A stretch of DNA of 64,000 nt from a virus. Numbering within the stretch: the stretch's first letter is position 1; each line of letters starts with the position of its first letter. A program made the translations under genes and the position numbers. Below, piece by piece: positions 19,036-28,965 of the stretch. The notes under the pieces are model-generated. The model had not been told where the DNA came from, ran no database searches, and was given only the letters and a program-made list of their open reading frames with translations. The stretch spans positions 1-64,000 of the IMG/VR virus record IMGVR_UViG_3300036715_003541; one strand, given 5' to 3'.

Positions 19036-19332
19036 TCATAAAAATAATCTTGTTTTTGCGTAAATGGCAAAATGTTTGTTATTTTTGAATGCGATTAAAT
19101 AAGGAAAATGTTCAGCATAAAAATAAGCTGTTAAATTTTTGAAATGATATCCAACCATAATATTATCAATATAATAATATTTATTTTCCCCTGAAATAAC
19201 AGCAGGACCATATTCATTATCTAAAAAATTCAACTTATTATCCTTATAAATGTAAATATCTTTATCAAAAAATATCTTGTAATATCTTTTATTGAAAACA
19301 ACTTTATACAATTGTTTTGTAATATTTGACAT
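19036..19332 (-). CDS. Hypothetical protein with a GPAV phage repeat-like motif
   Basis: NEYGPAVI...YYYIDN. Start placed at ATG 19332, past the terminator. Confidence 0.5.
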   Translation of the reverse strand: MSNITKQLYKVVFNKRYYKIFFDKDIYIYKDNKLNFLDNEYGPAVISGENKYYYIDNIMVGYHFKNLTAYFYAEHFPYLIAFKNNKHFAIYAKTRLFL

Positions 19333-19343
19333 AACCAAATAAC

Positions 19344-19369
19344 AAAAAACCACCCGAAGGTGGTTTTTT
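19344..19369 (-). terminator. Intrinsic terminator with cUUCGg loop after the major capsid gene
   Basis: AAAAAACCACC-TTCG-GGTGGTTTTTT on the minus strand. Confidence 0.9.
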
Positions 19370-19389
19370 AAGTTACTTTATTCTAAGAA

Positions 19390-21235
19390 TCAGACGCCGT
19401 TTGTAACGCTCTTGCGACCAGCGGCAACACCGCGTGGATTGACAATTGCGATACCGATTTCTTCAGAAACAACCCAACCAAGTTTTAGTTGTTTTGGTTC
19501 GTCAGCTGGGATAACAGAGATGCCTTCGCGGATTGGCATGACACCAACGAACTCTGCATCTGCGCAAGCATAAACTGTTCCTGGTGGAATGATTTTGCTG
19601 ACGATGATATCTGCACCGAACAAAGATCCATACAAACCTGTTTGGAGAATTTCACGTTGGCTAACTGGGTCGATTTCTCCACCACCTGTGCCTTGACCAC
19701 CACCAGAACCCCAGCGAAGGATATCAGCAAACTCATTGATGTTCATGAAGTACTTAGCAGTTACTAAGTCCCAGTGATCAATTTGAGTCTTTAGCTCGAT
19801 AAGATCGCGTTTGAGTAAACCGCCATCGGTAATATCTTGAACAGTGTTTTCAACACCAGCAGCAGAGTCAATGGCTGCGAAAACGTTTGCGTCTTCTTGT
19901 GCCATGATTTCTTGCTTTGCCTTTTGAACTGCACGGTCAATGATATTGAAACGGCGTCTACGAACTTCGTTCATACGAACGGTTGGGTTGGCATAAAGTT
20001 CAAAGGTTGGAACAACAACGCGATCTCCCCATGTACGGCTTTCTGGACCAGAACCGTTTGCTGAAACAACAACGGCAGTAACATCAATATCACGTTCGTA
20101 AGTTGGGTTTGCACCTTGTTCGAGTTCGTCTACAACGAGTGCACGACGAGCGACACCTTGGTAGTCTAAGTTTTTGCGACAAAACTTGTTACAATTACTA
20201 CCTAAATTGGCTTAGTCATTTCTGCTAAGCTCTTTACATTCCTGTAAAGATCAGACTATATCATCATTCTTTTTGAATGTTTGGCATGTAGTCGTTGAGG
20301 ATTCTAAAGTGTGTAAAACCAAATATTTTTCAATTATATTATATAGTTTTATTGAGTTTTTTTTATTTAGATATAAACCATAATATTTTTTGGTTTTATA
20401 CATTCTTTCTACAATCTTTGATCGTAAATCAAAACATCTTAATAAATAACTCTGAAGTTTTTTATTTTCATCTAATGAATATTTGCTTGTATCAAATCTT
20501 ATTTGCTGATCGTTTATTTTCGCCCCTGATAGGAACCAATAAGCCAAAGATTCTTCATTCATCATAAAATCTAAATTGTTACTAATTGTTTTTTTTCCAT
20601 TTAAATAAAATTCTTTATACATCTTATTTAAATCTTGATGATAACAAGTTACAATTATATTTTTTATATTCACATTATTTACAATTCTTTTTATCTTGTC
20701 TTTAATTATGTGAATCAATAATTCATTTGAAAATTTAAACCTAGCATTATCTTTTATTTCTAACTCACCACCACCAAGCAATAATCCAAATATTATATTT
20801 AGTTCACTTTTTGATAATGGTCTTTTTCTTAAAATTCTAGGTTTTACTTCAATCACTTTAGTCTTTCCTGCTGATTGTCTATATCATCTTTTATCTGTTA
20901 CTTTAACTATTTTGAAGCTAGCTGCAGTGCATAGCCTATTGAGTGTTAAAGTGTAAAAGCTTTTAGAGTTTCCAGCATATAGCCAAATTTTAATCCCACT
21001 CGAATCAGTTAATGGGATTTGCCATTGCTTGAGCAAGGGCTACTTTACCGTCTTGTGTCATCATTGCACGGGTAACAAGATCATCGCGCATTTCAGAAGA
21101 AATACTTGGTGCTCCCGAGAAACCTTGGCTTGAAGATGCGCCATCTTGAAAGACAGAAGCTAGTTTTGTAATAAGTTGCATAACTTCACTGTGTGAAGAG
21201 GCATTAAGTTCGCCTTTTGAGTTAAAATAAGACAT
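19390..21235 (-). CDS. Major capsid protein (HK97-fold inferred), spliced: exon 1 21235-21012, exon 2 20179-19390, 337 aa
   Basis: Joining AT|T gives continuous LAQAMANPIRKNLDYQGVARRALVVD...EEIGIAIVNPRGV. Highly biased codons; follows decoration gene; strong terminator. Confidence 0.88.
20180..21011 (-). ncRNA. Group I intron (832 nt) in the major capsid gene
   Basis: P1: exon AATCCCAT pairs with IGS GTGGGATT (U-G at splice site). P ATGCTGGAAA, Q AATCAGCAGG, R TCAACGACTACA, S ATGATATAGTCT. P3 TTTGGC/GCCAAA, P9 TCTTTACA-GGAA-TGTAAAGA, terminal G at 20180. Confidence 0.92.
20251..20856 (-). CDS. Intron-encoded LAGLIDADG-type protein with degenerate motifs
   Basis: IIFGLLLGGGEL and SLAYWFLSGAK in place of G..LGDG and LAxWxxDDG. 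ORF lies between Q and R and runs through R and S. Confidence 0.75.
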   Translation of the reverse strand: MIEVKPRILRKRPLSKSELNIIFGLLLGGGELEIKDNARFKFSNELLIHIIKDKIKRIVNNVNIKNIIVTCYHQDLNKMYKEFYLNGKKTISNNLDFMMNEESLAYWFLSGAKINDQQIRFDTSKYSLDENKKLQSYLLRCFDLRSKIVERMYKTKKYYGLYLNKKNSIKLYNIIEKYLVLHTLESSTTTCQTFKKNDDIV

Positions 21236-21339
21236 GATACTCCGTTTTTTTTTGTGATTAAATTGCCAGCAAAATTGCCAACGAAAAGGTGAAGCTCTCC
21301 TTTTTCAAGAAGTCAATCCCCGCTTCGAGGGATGTTTTA

Positions 21340-22011
21340 TCAGAGACCGTAGAAGTAGAATAAAGCGTATGAATAGCTTTGTGAGGTAGCAACTGCACCA
21401 ACTGGTGAGTTAAGAGCGGAAACCATTTTGCTTTGTGTGGTAACGAGTGAACCAGATGTCTGGAACTCAACAAAACGACCAACTGCGACAGTTTCGAAAG
21501 CTGAACCAGATGTTGGGGTTAAAAGACCTGTACTTGTTGCATAGATTGCTGAACCTGCATCAATTGAGGTATTTGTTGGGACAAGACCTGTTGAAGCGTT
21601 GGTATCAACTGCATCAAGAGAAACTGCGTAAAGACCTTGTGTATACCAGCAGCTAACTTTTCCAGAAGCTAAGGCAGTGTGTGGTCCGAGAACCGCTCCA
21701 CCTGTAACTTGTTGACCAACTGTTCCGCCAACTACTGTGCCGAAAAGTGTGCCGTAACCAACAACACCGTCGTCAGATAACATGAGTGGGCGTTTGCCAG
21801 AGGTAAGAGTTCTTGTAGCAACTGTGCGTTTTGCAACACCAGATGGATTGACATATCCATCTGCAGAATCATAAGCAGATTTATCGCTGCCAGATACTGC
21901 AACTGAAGTTAATGTGAGGATTTCGCCACCTTTGAGAGAAGAAAGTTCGGAGTCAAGCATATCATATGAGTATGCAGTTGCACCGGCTGTTTGTACTAGT
22001 TTAAGAGCCAT
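21340..22011 (-). CDS. Head decoration/minor capsid-like protein
   Basis: Directly upstream of MCP, highly biased codons, ASGKVSCW motif. Confidence 0.65.
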   Translation of the reverse strand: MALKLVQTAGATAYSYDMLDSELSSLKGGEILTLTSVAVSGSDKSAYDSADGYVNPSGVAKRTVATRTLTSGKRPLMLSDDGVVGYGTLFGTVVGGTVGQQVTGGAVLGPHTALASGKVSCWYTQGLYAVSLDAVDTNASTGLVPTNTSIDAGSAIYATSTGLLTPTSGSAFETVAVGRFVEFQTSGSLVTTQSKMVSALNSPVGAVATSQSYSYALFYFYGL

Positions 22012-22098
22012 TGTATATCCTAATTTGTTTTAATACTTACACCTAAGAGAGAATACAATTAGATTATGATTTATTACCTGTTTTACTAAAAAAAACGA

Positions 22099-23334
22099 TT
22101 ATTTTTTCATTTTTCTAAAAGATTCCAAGAAATCTGCCTTGTCATCAACCTTTTTTTCACTTAAATCATTTTTTTTAGATTGATATGTATTTAAAATCTC
22201 ATCCAAATTATTACCTGGACTATGTGTGTCTTTATAAATATCAGTTTTTACTTCTTTTACATCACCAAATATATTATCTTCTTGCTTTGATTGCTCAATT
22301 TTTTTCTCACCATAAGAACGCAAAGAAGAAAGTGTTTCTTTTAATTCTGACATTTTTAACTTGAATGAATTTATAGATTGTACCATTTCATCAAAGTCAC
22401 TTGTAAATAAAGAAAAATCTTTTGAATTCGGATTATGTAAATAAGGAACTTGATCCACATATTTTTGCAATTCACCAGTTTGCTTTATATTCGCTTCTTT
22501 GTATCCAGGTTTTGAGAAATTATCAATCATGTCATTAAACATTTTTTCTAATACATCAGAATACTTCAAATAATTTTCATACAACTTTACAGAAGTATCC
22601 ATATTTGAACTTGAACTACTTAATAAAGAAAGTAATCTTTTACCAATCTCAGTAATAGCTTTAGAGTTTTTTTCTATGCTTTTTGCTTGGGCTTTCAATG
22701 AATCAGAATATTCGTAATCAAAACCAAGTGTTGTTGAGCCTTCGTAAATATCTTTACAATCTGCTTCTAATTTGTCATACGCTTCTTCCATTGTATTTAC
22801 AATAGGTGACATATGTGAAATAGCTGCACCAGCAATAACTGGTAATACAACTGCTAAGCCAATTACCCATGGAGCAAATGCTTTTTTAACAATATTATTT
22901 TGATCAGCACAATGGTCAGCTAAAACTAACAAATCATCATGATTACCATCATCCAATTTATTGGCTATTGTTAATAGATTTCTATACAAATTTTGCTTTG
23001 CCAATGAGTATTTCATTTTGACTTGAGATAAGTCACGTACTTTCATTTGATTAAGAATAATATTTTGACGTTCCTTATCATTCTCAATTAAACCATTTAA
23101 CTTTTCATGCGCCCTAAATTTTACAACAGATTCAGGGTGAGCTTCCTCAAGCATTGACTTCTTACGTTTTGATTGATACAACTTCTCAAGTCTTTCCATT
23201 GTATCCGAAGAACCACGGGGATCTTTTTCTAATGCTTTTTTAGAATCCTCAGAAGTAAGTTCTTTTGCATTCGAAACAAGACCTGTTTCCAATGCGATTT
23301 TGCAATATTCATCAAATATATTGTATCTAGCCAT
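22099..23334 (-). CDS. Putative internal head protein
   Basis: Contains AHP, LLTIANKLDDG and KKAF followed by a hydrophobic segment (APWVIGLAVVLPVIAGAAI). Confidence 0.55.
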   Translation of the reverse strand: MARYNIFDEYCKIALETGLVSNAKELTSEDSKKALEKDPRGSSDTMERLEKLYQSKRKKSMLEEAHPESVVKFRAHEKLNGLIENDKERQNIILNQMKVRDLSQVKMKYSLAKQNLYRNLLTIANKLDDGNHDDLLVLADHCADQNNIVKKAFAPWVIGLAVVLPVIAGAAISHMSPIVNTMEEAYDKLEADCKDIYEGSTTLGFDYEYSDSLKAQAKSIEKNSKAITEIGKRLLSLLSSSSSNMDTSVKLYENYLKYSDVLEKMFNDMIDNFSKPGYKEANIKQTGELQKYVDQVPYLHNPNSKDFSLFTSDFDEMVQSINSFKLKMSELKETLSSLRSYGEKKIEQSKQEDNIFGDVKEVKTDIYKDTHSPGNNLDEILNTYQSKKNDLSEKKVDDKADFLESFRKMKK

Positions 23335-23360
23335 AATTTTTCCTATATTTTTATATGATA

Positions 23361-24317
23361 TTATCGAACTTCTTCTAAAACATTATCCATAAAATAATCA
23401 ATTAGTAGGTTTTTACTATCAAATATTTCTGGTATCAATATGTTTTTATTCAATGTCTTTAAAGATGATTGCAAAATCATATTCTTTGCAACTTGAAATT
23501 CTTCGTTGTTAATAATTTGATTTTTTATCTTATCCAAATTATTATACTTCTCTTCTGCCAAATCTAATAAATACTGAGTAATACTAGCGTCAGTTGCGAG
23601 AATTGGAGCTGATCTAGCTGCAGTGCTAAAATATTTTTTATCTGTAAAGTTTCCATTGATAGGATATTTTGATTGTACAGCTGCAGGAACAGAAGTTTGT
23701 GGTTGATTTGGTTCTGTTACTTTTGAAATACCTTTACCTAATGCCTTACCAATAAGAGCAGAAAAGAAATGCTTAAAAAATGTTCGTAAACCTTGACTTA
23801 ATAAAAATGAAGATATACCAGCTGTTTTATCTATTGAATAAATATACATTGCTGTTTTAAACCTTCTATGAATAGCGTCCAATTGCTCAATGGTTGAAGC
23901 TGTTGCTTCTAAAGGTAACTTCTCACCAATAGACTCATCTACAATCTGAGAAATATCTTCATTTGATGGTTGTTTTTCTTGTTTTGCAAAAGAAAATATC
24001 TTTTTACAAATATTAGATACAATATCAAAAATATCTATATGAAAAACCTCCAATAAAACACTTGTCAATAAAGAAAAAGCAGGGTTTATATTTGCAGCTT
24101 TAAAAATTAAAGAAATAACAGCTGGTTGCAATACTGCTTTTACAACACTCCAGCCAGTTTCCCCTTTAAACCGCTCTTGTAAAAAAGAAGTAATATCTGA
24201 TAATACCCCAGATGGAGAAATAGATATTTGGGCAAACTTATATATTGGTTCATTAATATTTAATAAGTCAAATGCCACCTTTCTTTCATACTCATACAAA
24301 TCAAATTCTTTTGTCAT
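23361..24317 (-). CDS. Putative internal/ejection protein
   Basis: KFAQ and KTAG motifs, each followed by amphipathic or hydrophobic helices. Confidence 0.5.
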   Translation of the reverse strand: MTKEFDLYEYERKVAFDLLNINEPIYKFAQISISPSGVLSDITSFLQERFKGETGWSVVKAVLQPAVISLIFKAANINPAFSLLTSVLLEVFHIDIFDIVSNICKKIFSFAKQEKQPSNEDISQIVDESIGEKLPLEATASTIEQLDAIHRRFKTAMYIYSIDKTAGISSFLLSQGLRTFFKHFFSALIGKALGKGISKVTEPNQPQTSVPAAVQSKYPINGNFTDKKYFSTAARSAPILATDASITQYLLDLAEEKYNNLDKIKNQIINNEEFQVAKNMILQSSLKTLNKNILIPEIFDSKNLLIDYFMDNVLEEVR

Positions 24318-26014
24318 ACAGGCTTCTCACTTCTAGCTGCAAAATCATTTAAACTTCTTGATATTTGACCCATAAGTAAACGATTTTGACCAGCTGGTTT
24401 GTCTGTATCAAATCCCGTTTCACCAATTTGAGAATTAATATACTCAGATAATGCCCCAGATATGTTTCTTCCAGCCATTCTTTGTATTGCTCGTAATGTT
24501 TTTGATATAATTTGAACCAATTCATCGAGAGAAACAATAAGTGGTTGAAAATATTGCTTGTTTAATGAACTTGATGTGCTTTTTCCAGTTTGACCCTTAT
24601 TATATACAGAGTTGAAAAAATTACTAAGAGAATTATAACCAAAAATTCCTCCTAAATCAATTTCATCATCACCAAATACTCCAATTTTAGGAAGTTGACT
24701 GTAAATATTACTCAAAGAAGCATCAATCATTTGAGCATATTGACCTAAACCTATTTGTTTCAAAATATTCGAAAAATTACTTATATTTGTAAAGTTAATT
24801 ACATTAAGTGATAAAGGTTTTGGCACATTTGCTGAAAATGTTTTGTTTAATAAACCAACATCTGCTGATTTACCAGATCCATTTTGTTGGGTGGCTGAAG
24901 GGGTTTGTTGTCCTTGTTGATTTTGTTGATTTTGTGTATTATTTTGTTGCGTAGCAGATAAACCTGTAATTTGTGTGGTTGGTATTGGACAATGACTTTG
25001 ATTACGGATAATTTTATCCATAAATGAAAGATACATTTTGACACCTTTTGCTGCTGTAGCTAAAGATGGATTATTTGAAGAGCCAATAATTTGTTTTGAT
25101 AAATACAAAGCTCTTAGATAAAAGTTTTGATATACTTGGCATCGCCACATATCAATACGTTCTAACTCAGGTGTACTTGGATTAAAGGGTACTTTTGGTG
25201 TTAAACCAGAGGCATTGATAAATGAATTAAATGCACCTTCATCTGAAATATCTTTAAGTGTAACCTTATGAGAAAATGCATTTAGTAATGCTGGTTTATC
25301 TTCTAATGCCGCCTTCATAACAACATCTAAGCCATCTTTTTCAAAGTTCTTTTGATCAATTTGTGTGGCATTAAATGCATCAATTACATAATCATCAGAT
25401 TCATTTAGTAAATCTTGCTCTGATTTTTTATTATCTTCATCTTCAATGGAGACTTTTGGTTGCAACACTTGATTTCCAGTTAATCTTGCTTCTGTATTAA
25501 AAGACTCAATGGATTTACCAATCATTGCTTTAAAAACAGGATTACCTTCTCTAGCAGCTGTATCTCTAAATGCTGCTAAAGCTTCTTTGATTGTAGATTT
25601 ATTCACCCAAAATTGATCTTTTACAGGTTGGCTTTGATCTGTACGAGCGCGATCGAATGTCATTGCATCAATCAATAGCCAATTTGTTCCAGGCGCGTTT
25701 TTTTGAGTTGCAGCCGAAATAGATAAAAGAGTTCCTTTGTATTGTATTTGATTTTCAGCAAGCCAACGTATAAAATCACCAAAGTTTCTTAAATTTTCAA
25801 CATTTAATGAAACGGGTTGACCGGATCCACTTGAAAAATAAGAAGATACATCCGCAACTTGTTTACCAGTTACTTTGGATTTTAAATTGTTAACAAGTTC
25901 TTTTAATACAGTACTAGGGACAACTTCTGCTTGAGCAGATTGTCCCTCAGATTTCAAACCTATTGCTAGTAATTTATTTATTAAATCTGTTCTATCTAAT
26001 TTGTTTAATTTCAT
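24314..26014 (-). CDS. Putative internal virion protein
   Basis: 566 aa with a Gln-rich linker; overlaps both neighbours by 4 nt. Confidence 0.55.
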   Translation of the reverse strand: MKLNKLDRTDLINKLLAIGLKSEGQSAQAEVVPSTVLKELVNNLKSKVTGKQVADVSSYFSSGSGQPVSLNVENLRNFGDFIRWLAENQIQYKGTLLSISAATQKNAPGTNWLLIDAMTFDRARTDQSQPVKDQFWVNKSTIKEALAAFRDTAAREGNPVFKAMIGKSIESFNTEARLTGNQVLQPKVSIEDEDNKKSEQDLLNESDDYVIDAFNATQIDQKNFEKDGLDVVMKAALEDKPALLNAFSHKVTLKDISDEGAFNSFINASGLTPKVPFNPSTPELERIDMWRCQVYQNFYLRALYLSKQIIGSSNNPSLATAAKGVKMYLSFMDKIIRNQSHCPIPTTQITGLSATQQNNTQNQQNQQGQQTPSATQQNGSGKSADVGLLNKTFSANVPKPLSLNVINFTNISNFSNILKQIGLGQYAQMIDASLSNIYSQLPKIGVFGDDEIDLGGIFGYNSLSNFFNSVYNKGQTGKSTSSSLNKQYFQPLIVSLDELVQIISKTLRAIQRMAGRNISGALSEYINSQIGETGFDTDKPAGQNRLLMGQISRSLNDFAARSEKPV

Positions 26015-27093
26015 TTTATACCCATAGGTGCAGTTGATACTTGAGTTTGTTGCTCAAGCAAATCAATGTATTGTAAAAGAGTTGTTTTTATTTGCTCTCT
26101 TGTAAATGTTGGTTTAATCGCACCCGCACTCATAAGTATTTGTTGAAATTTATTTAAATCTAATAAAGCATCAACGGGTACATTTATACCATTTAAACCA
26201 ATTGGCGCATATTGTTTGCCAGTACTAATATCTTTTTTGATTTTATCAAATGCTTGTTGATTTATCTTGGATTCTGAGCCACCTGAAGTAATTGTAAACA
26301 AAGGTTGACGAGGACCTTGACCATCCACGCCAGAAGAAATATAAGATTTTAAACCAGCACGATCCGCATAGTTAATAAAGTTTTGGAAATATTTCTTTAA
26401 AGCTTGTATAAAAGAAATTGCATATCCAGCTAATTTTTCTTGGTCTTTTGCTGGTGGCTTTTCTGCAGTGTTAAACTTCTCATAAATTGCTTTTAAATAT
26501 TTTGTGGCACGTGGATCAAATTGAACTTCTGATTTACCTTCTAAAGCATCAATCGCGTTCTCTAAAGCATCACCAAACATAAAAATGATTTTAAGAGCAT
26601 TTTGTGTGCGTGGTCCCCATACACCATCTGTAATGCTTTCAGATTTGTTTTTTGGTGAACCAATTTGTGTGAGGGTTTGTGCTAGATTTTTCCCTTCAAT
26701 AAAAGATGTTCCACGAAGTTGTTTTGCAGCATACTCCATTTCATTTTCTTTTGATGTAAATTCTTGAGCATCAGAGCTTGTTTGTATATTTTGTGCACCA
26801 AGAAAGTTTTCATCAATCCAATCTAAAATTGCTGCTTTACCTTTATCTAACTTTGCTTCATTTGGTTTTTCATTTTTATTACCAGAGGCATACATGATAA
26901 GATATTGCGCAAAAGATTGTATCTCTTTTTGCATTTCTTTTATTTTAGCAGATGCTGATATAATTTCTCCAGATTGTGAGTTTTGTGGGGAAAAAGAACT
27001 TGGAGCAATAGAATTTTGATTTGGAGCTTTTTTTGGAGCCCCAGCTATATCTGTAAAAGAAAACTGACCTGGTTTTTTATTGGCTGGTGGCAT
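26011..27093 (-). CDS. Putative virion protein with peptidoglycan-binding-like motif
   Basis: DGVWGPRTQNAL matches the PG_binding_1 DGxxGxxT signature. Confidence 0.55.
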   Translation of the reverse strand: MPPANKKPGQFSFTDIAGAPKKAPNQNSIAPSSFSPQNSQSGEIISASAKIKEMQKEIQSFAQYLIMYASGNKNEKPNEAKLDKGKAAILDWIDENFLGAQNIQTSSDAQEFTSKENEMEYAAKQLRGTSFIEGKNLAQTLTQIGSPKNKSESITDGVWGPRTQNALKIIFMFGDALENAIDALEGKSEVQFDPRATKYLKAIYEKFNTAEKPPAKDQEKLAGYAISFIQALKKYFQNFINYADRAGLKSYISSGVDGQGPRQPLFTITSGGSESKINQQAFDKIKKDISTGKQYAPIGLNGINVPVDALLDLNKFQQILMSAGAIKPTFTREQIKTTLLQYIDLLEQQTQVSTAPMGIK

Positions 27094-27101
27094 TTATATC
27101 C

Positions 27102-28229
27102 TCACAAATATGCGTTTTCTAATTTAACTAAGACACCTTCTAAATATGAAAACTTAGAATCAATCTTTTTTTGATTTACAGGTTGGTTTGAATTTAAATA
27201 TCTATCCAACTCTTCCAAACGTGAAGTAATTAATGTATAAGATGGTTGAATAACATTATTATAATCTTTATCCCAAGGTGGCGACTTCATTTCTGCATCA
27301 CCTTCTATAGCATTTTTAAAAGCAAGATATCTTTTCTTTAAAGCAGATAATCTAACTAAATTATTGCTGTTTATTTTAGAATCTTCTTTATCTTGCTTTA
27401 CTTCATCATCTGTTTTGGTTAAACTTTCTGATTCAATTTTTTTAACAATAGATTCACACCAATCAATTCTATGTGTGAATTCAGATTTTAATTTATCATA
27501 CAATGCACGTCCATCAGAAGATAAATCATTTGCATCAAACCAATTATTATACCAATCAGATTTTAATTTATTTTCAAATGATTTTATTTCATAAAGACTT
27601 GATAAAGTGATTGTACCAGATTTTGCAAATGAAATAATCTCATCTGCTTTTTTGCTGCAAGATAAAGCCACATCAGCTGCCTTACTAGAATCAGATGAGC
27701 TACTATCTGTTGAAATTAAAGAGCCCATAGATCGTATAATTTGAGCTATACCCACTAAATGTTGTGAAAGTATTTTTTTATCTTCAGAAAGAGTAGCATA
27801 TTTAAACAAACTAGCAATAGCGGCTAATTTTGATTTTTTCTTTTTTTGTTCAACAGCTTTTAACATACTTTCTTGCACGTCATAAATATCATGAACTTCA
27901 TAACCAGCAATTTCTGCAGATTTTGGATGTGCATCTTTAAAATAATCTTCGTAAGATTTTATTTTTATGTTGTAAAGATTTTCCGCTTTTTTAAAAGCTA
28001 AAAAATTATCCTCAAGAACATCTGCTTCTATATGAAAGCCCTTGTCACGCAATCCGGCGCACAATTTGATAATATCACCGTCTTTATTATTTGTTGGTGT
28101 ATAATCCTTTTTAACTTGCTCTAAAGAAGCTTGCTTTTGCAATTCAGGTTTGATCCAACCTTTTTTAAATGCAATTTTTTCAAGCTCTTTCATTACTTCT
28201 TCAGTATTGGAATTTGATTTGTGTGACAT
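27102..28229 (-). CDS. Putative internal head protein
   Basis: KIAF, KQAS, KKAE and KYAT motifs; LCAGLRDKGF...EADVLE; DAHPKS. Confidence 0.55.
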   Translation of the reverse strand: MSHKSNSNTEEVMKELEKIAFKKGWIKPELQKQASLEQVKKDYTPTNNKDGDIIKLCAGLRDKGFHIEADVLEDNFLAFKKAENLYNIKIKSYEDYFKDAHPKSAEIAGYEVHDIYDVQESMLKAVEQKKKKSKLAAIASLFKYATLSEDKKILSQHLVGIAQIIRSMGSLISTDSSSSDSSKAADVALSCSKKADEIISFAKSGTITLSSLYEIKSFENKLKSDWYNNWFDANDLSSDGRALYDKLKSEFTHRIDWCESIVKKIESESLTKTDDEVKQDKEDSKINSNNLVRLSALKKRYLAFKNAIEGDAEMKSPPWDKDYNNVIQPSYTLITSRLEELDRYLNSNQPVNQKKIDSKFSYLEGVLVKLENAYL

Positions 28230-28266
28230 AAAATCCTATGATATTAATTTCTTATATTATGCTTGT

Positions 28267-28956
28267 TTAGTACCAAAGCAATTGTAAATTTGCGTTGAAT
28301 GGACTTGGCGGACCAATTACCATACCCACTGGTGGATGATAAGGACTTGCTTTTGCAGTTGTAAATTTTCCATTTCTACTAATATATAAGTTTGCGTTTA
28401 CAAGATATTGTTGATTTGTTTCAAATTGATCTGTTTCTACCATCATTCTTTGAAACCAAACTGTAATCCTACCTGATGCTGTTGAATCATCACCTGGCAT
28501 ATTTGGTATGTAATAAGTATAATTTACTACATTTTTTATAGAGTCATAAGTTGTTCCAGATATGGAATAATTAAGAGGAGTTCCAGCTGGAAAAATAACC
28601 ACACCATTCACTTCTTTTAATTGGCAACTAACAATTGAAAAGAATGTATTTTTTAATATATTTGCATTATCCAAAGGATATGTTAAATCTCTTAATGTAA
28701 CCGCCTCATTATTTGGACCTGTACCAATGGAATCACAAGGAACAATAAAGCTTTCATTCCAAGCTGTAGATGTAAAAGCATTTGTACGTAGATCATCAAT
28801 AATTCCAACTGGAGACAGACCATCAGATACCGTAGCCATTACGGTATTTCCAACAACTGTAAGTTGAGCTGCTTGACCAGGCTGAAAAGATGCGGATGGG
28901 TCGCACGCAAAAGAATATGGAATTGCGTTTCCCGTTTCTAAAAGTCTAAAATGCAT
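28267..28956 (-). CDS. Decoration-like protein, paralog of 21340..22011
   Basis: FQPGQAAQL, GIIDD, DDSTASGRITVW and ETDQFE; shares ASG[K/R]xxxW with the gene upstream of MCP. Confidence 0.55.
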   Translation of the reverse strand: MHFRLLETGNAIPYSFACDPSASFQPGQAAQLTVVGNTVMATVSDGLSPVGIIDDLRTNAFTSTAWNESFIVPCDSIGTGPNNEAVTLRDLTYPLDNANILKNTFFSIVSCQLKEVNGVVIFPAGTPLNYSISGTTYDSIKNVVNYTYYIPNMPGDDSTASGRITVWFQRMMVETDQFETNQQYLVNANLYISRNGKFTTAKASPYHPPVGMVIGPPSPFNANLQLLWY

Positions 28957-28965
28957 AGCTTAACC

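Noticed and set aside
19390-19974. 194-aa and 76-aa (21005..21235) ORFs as separate genes
   Set aside because: They are the two exons of one spliced capsid gene.
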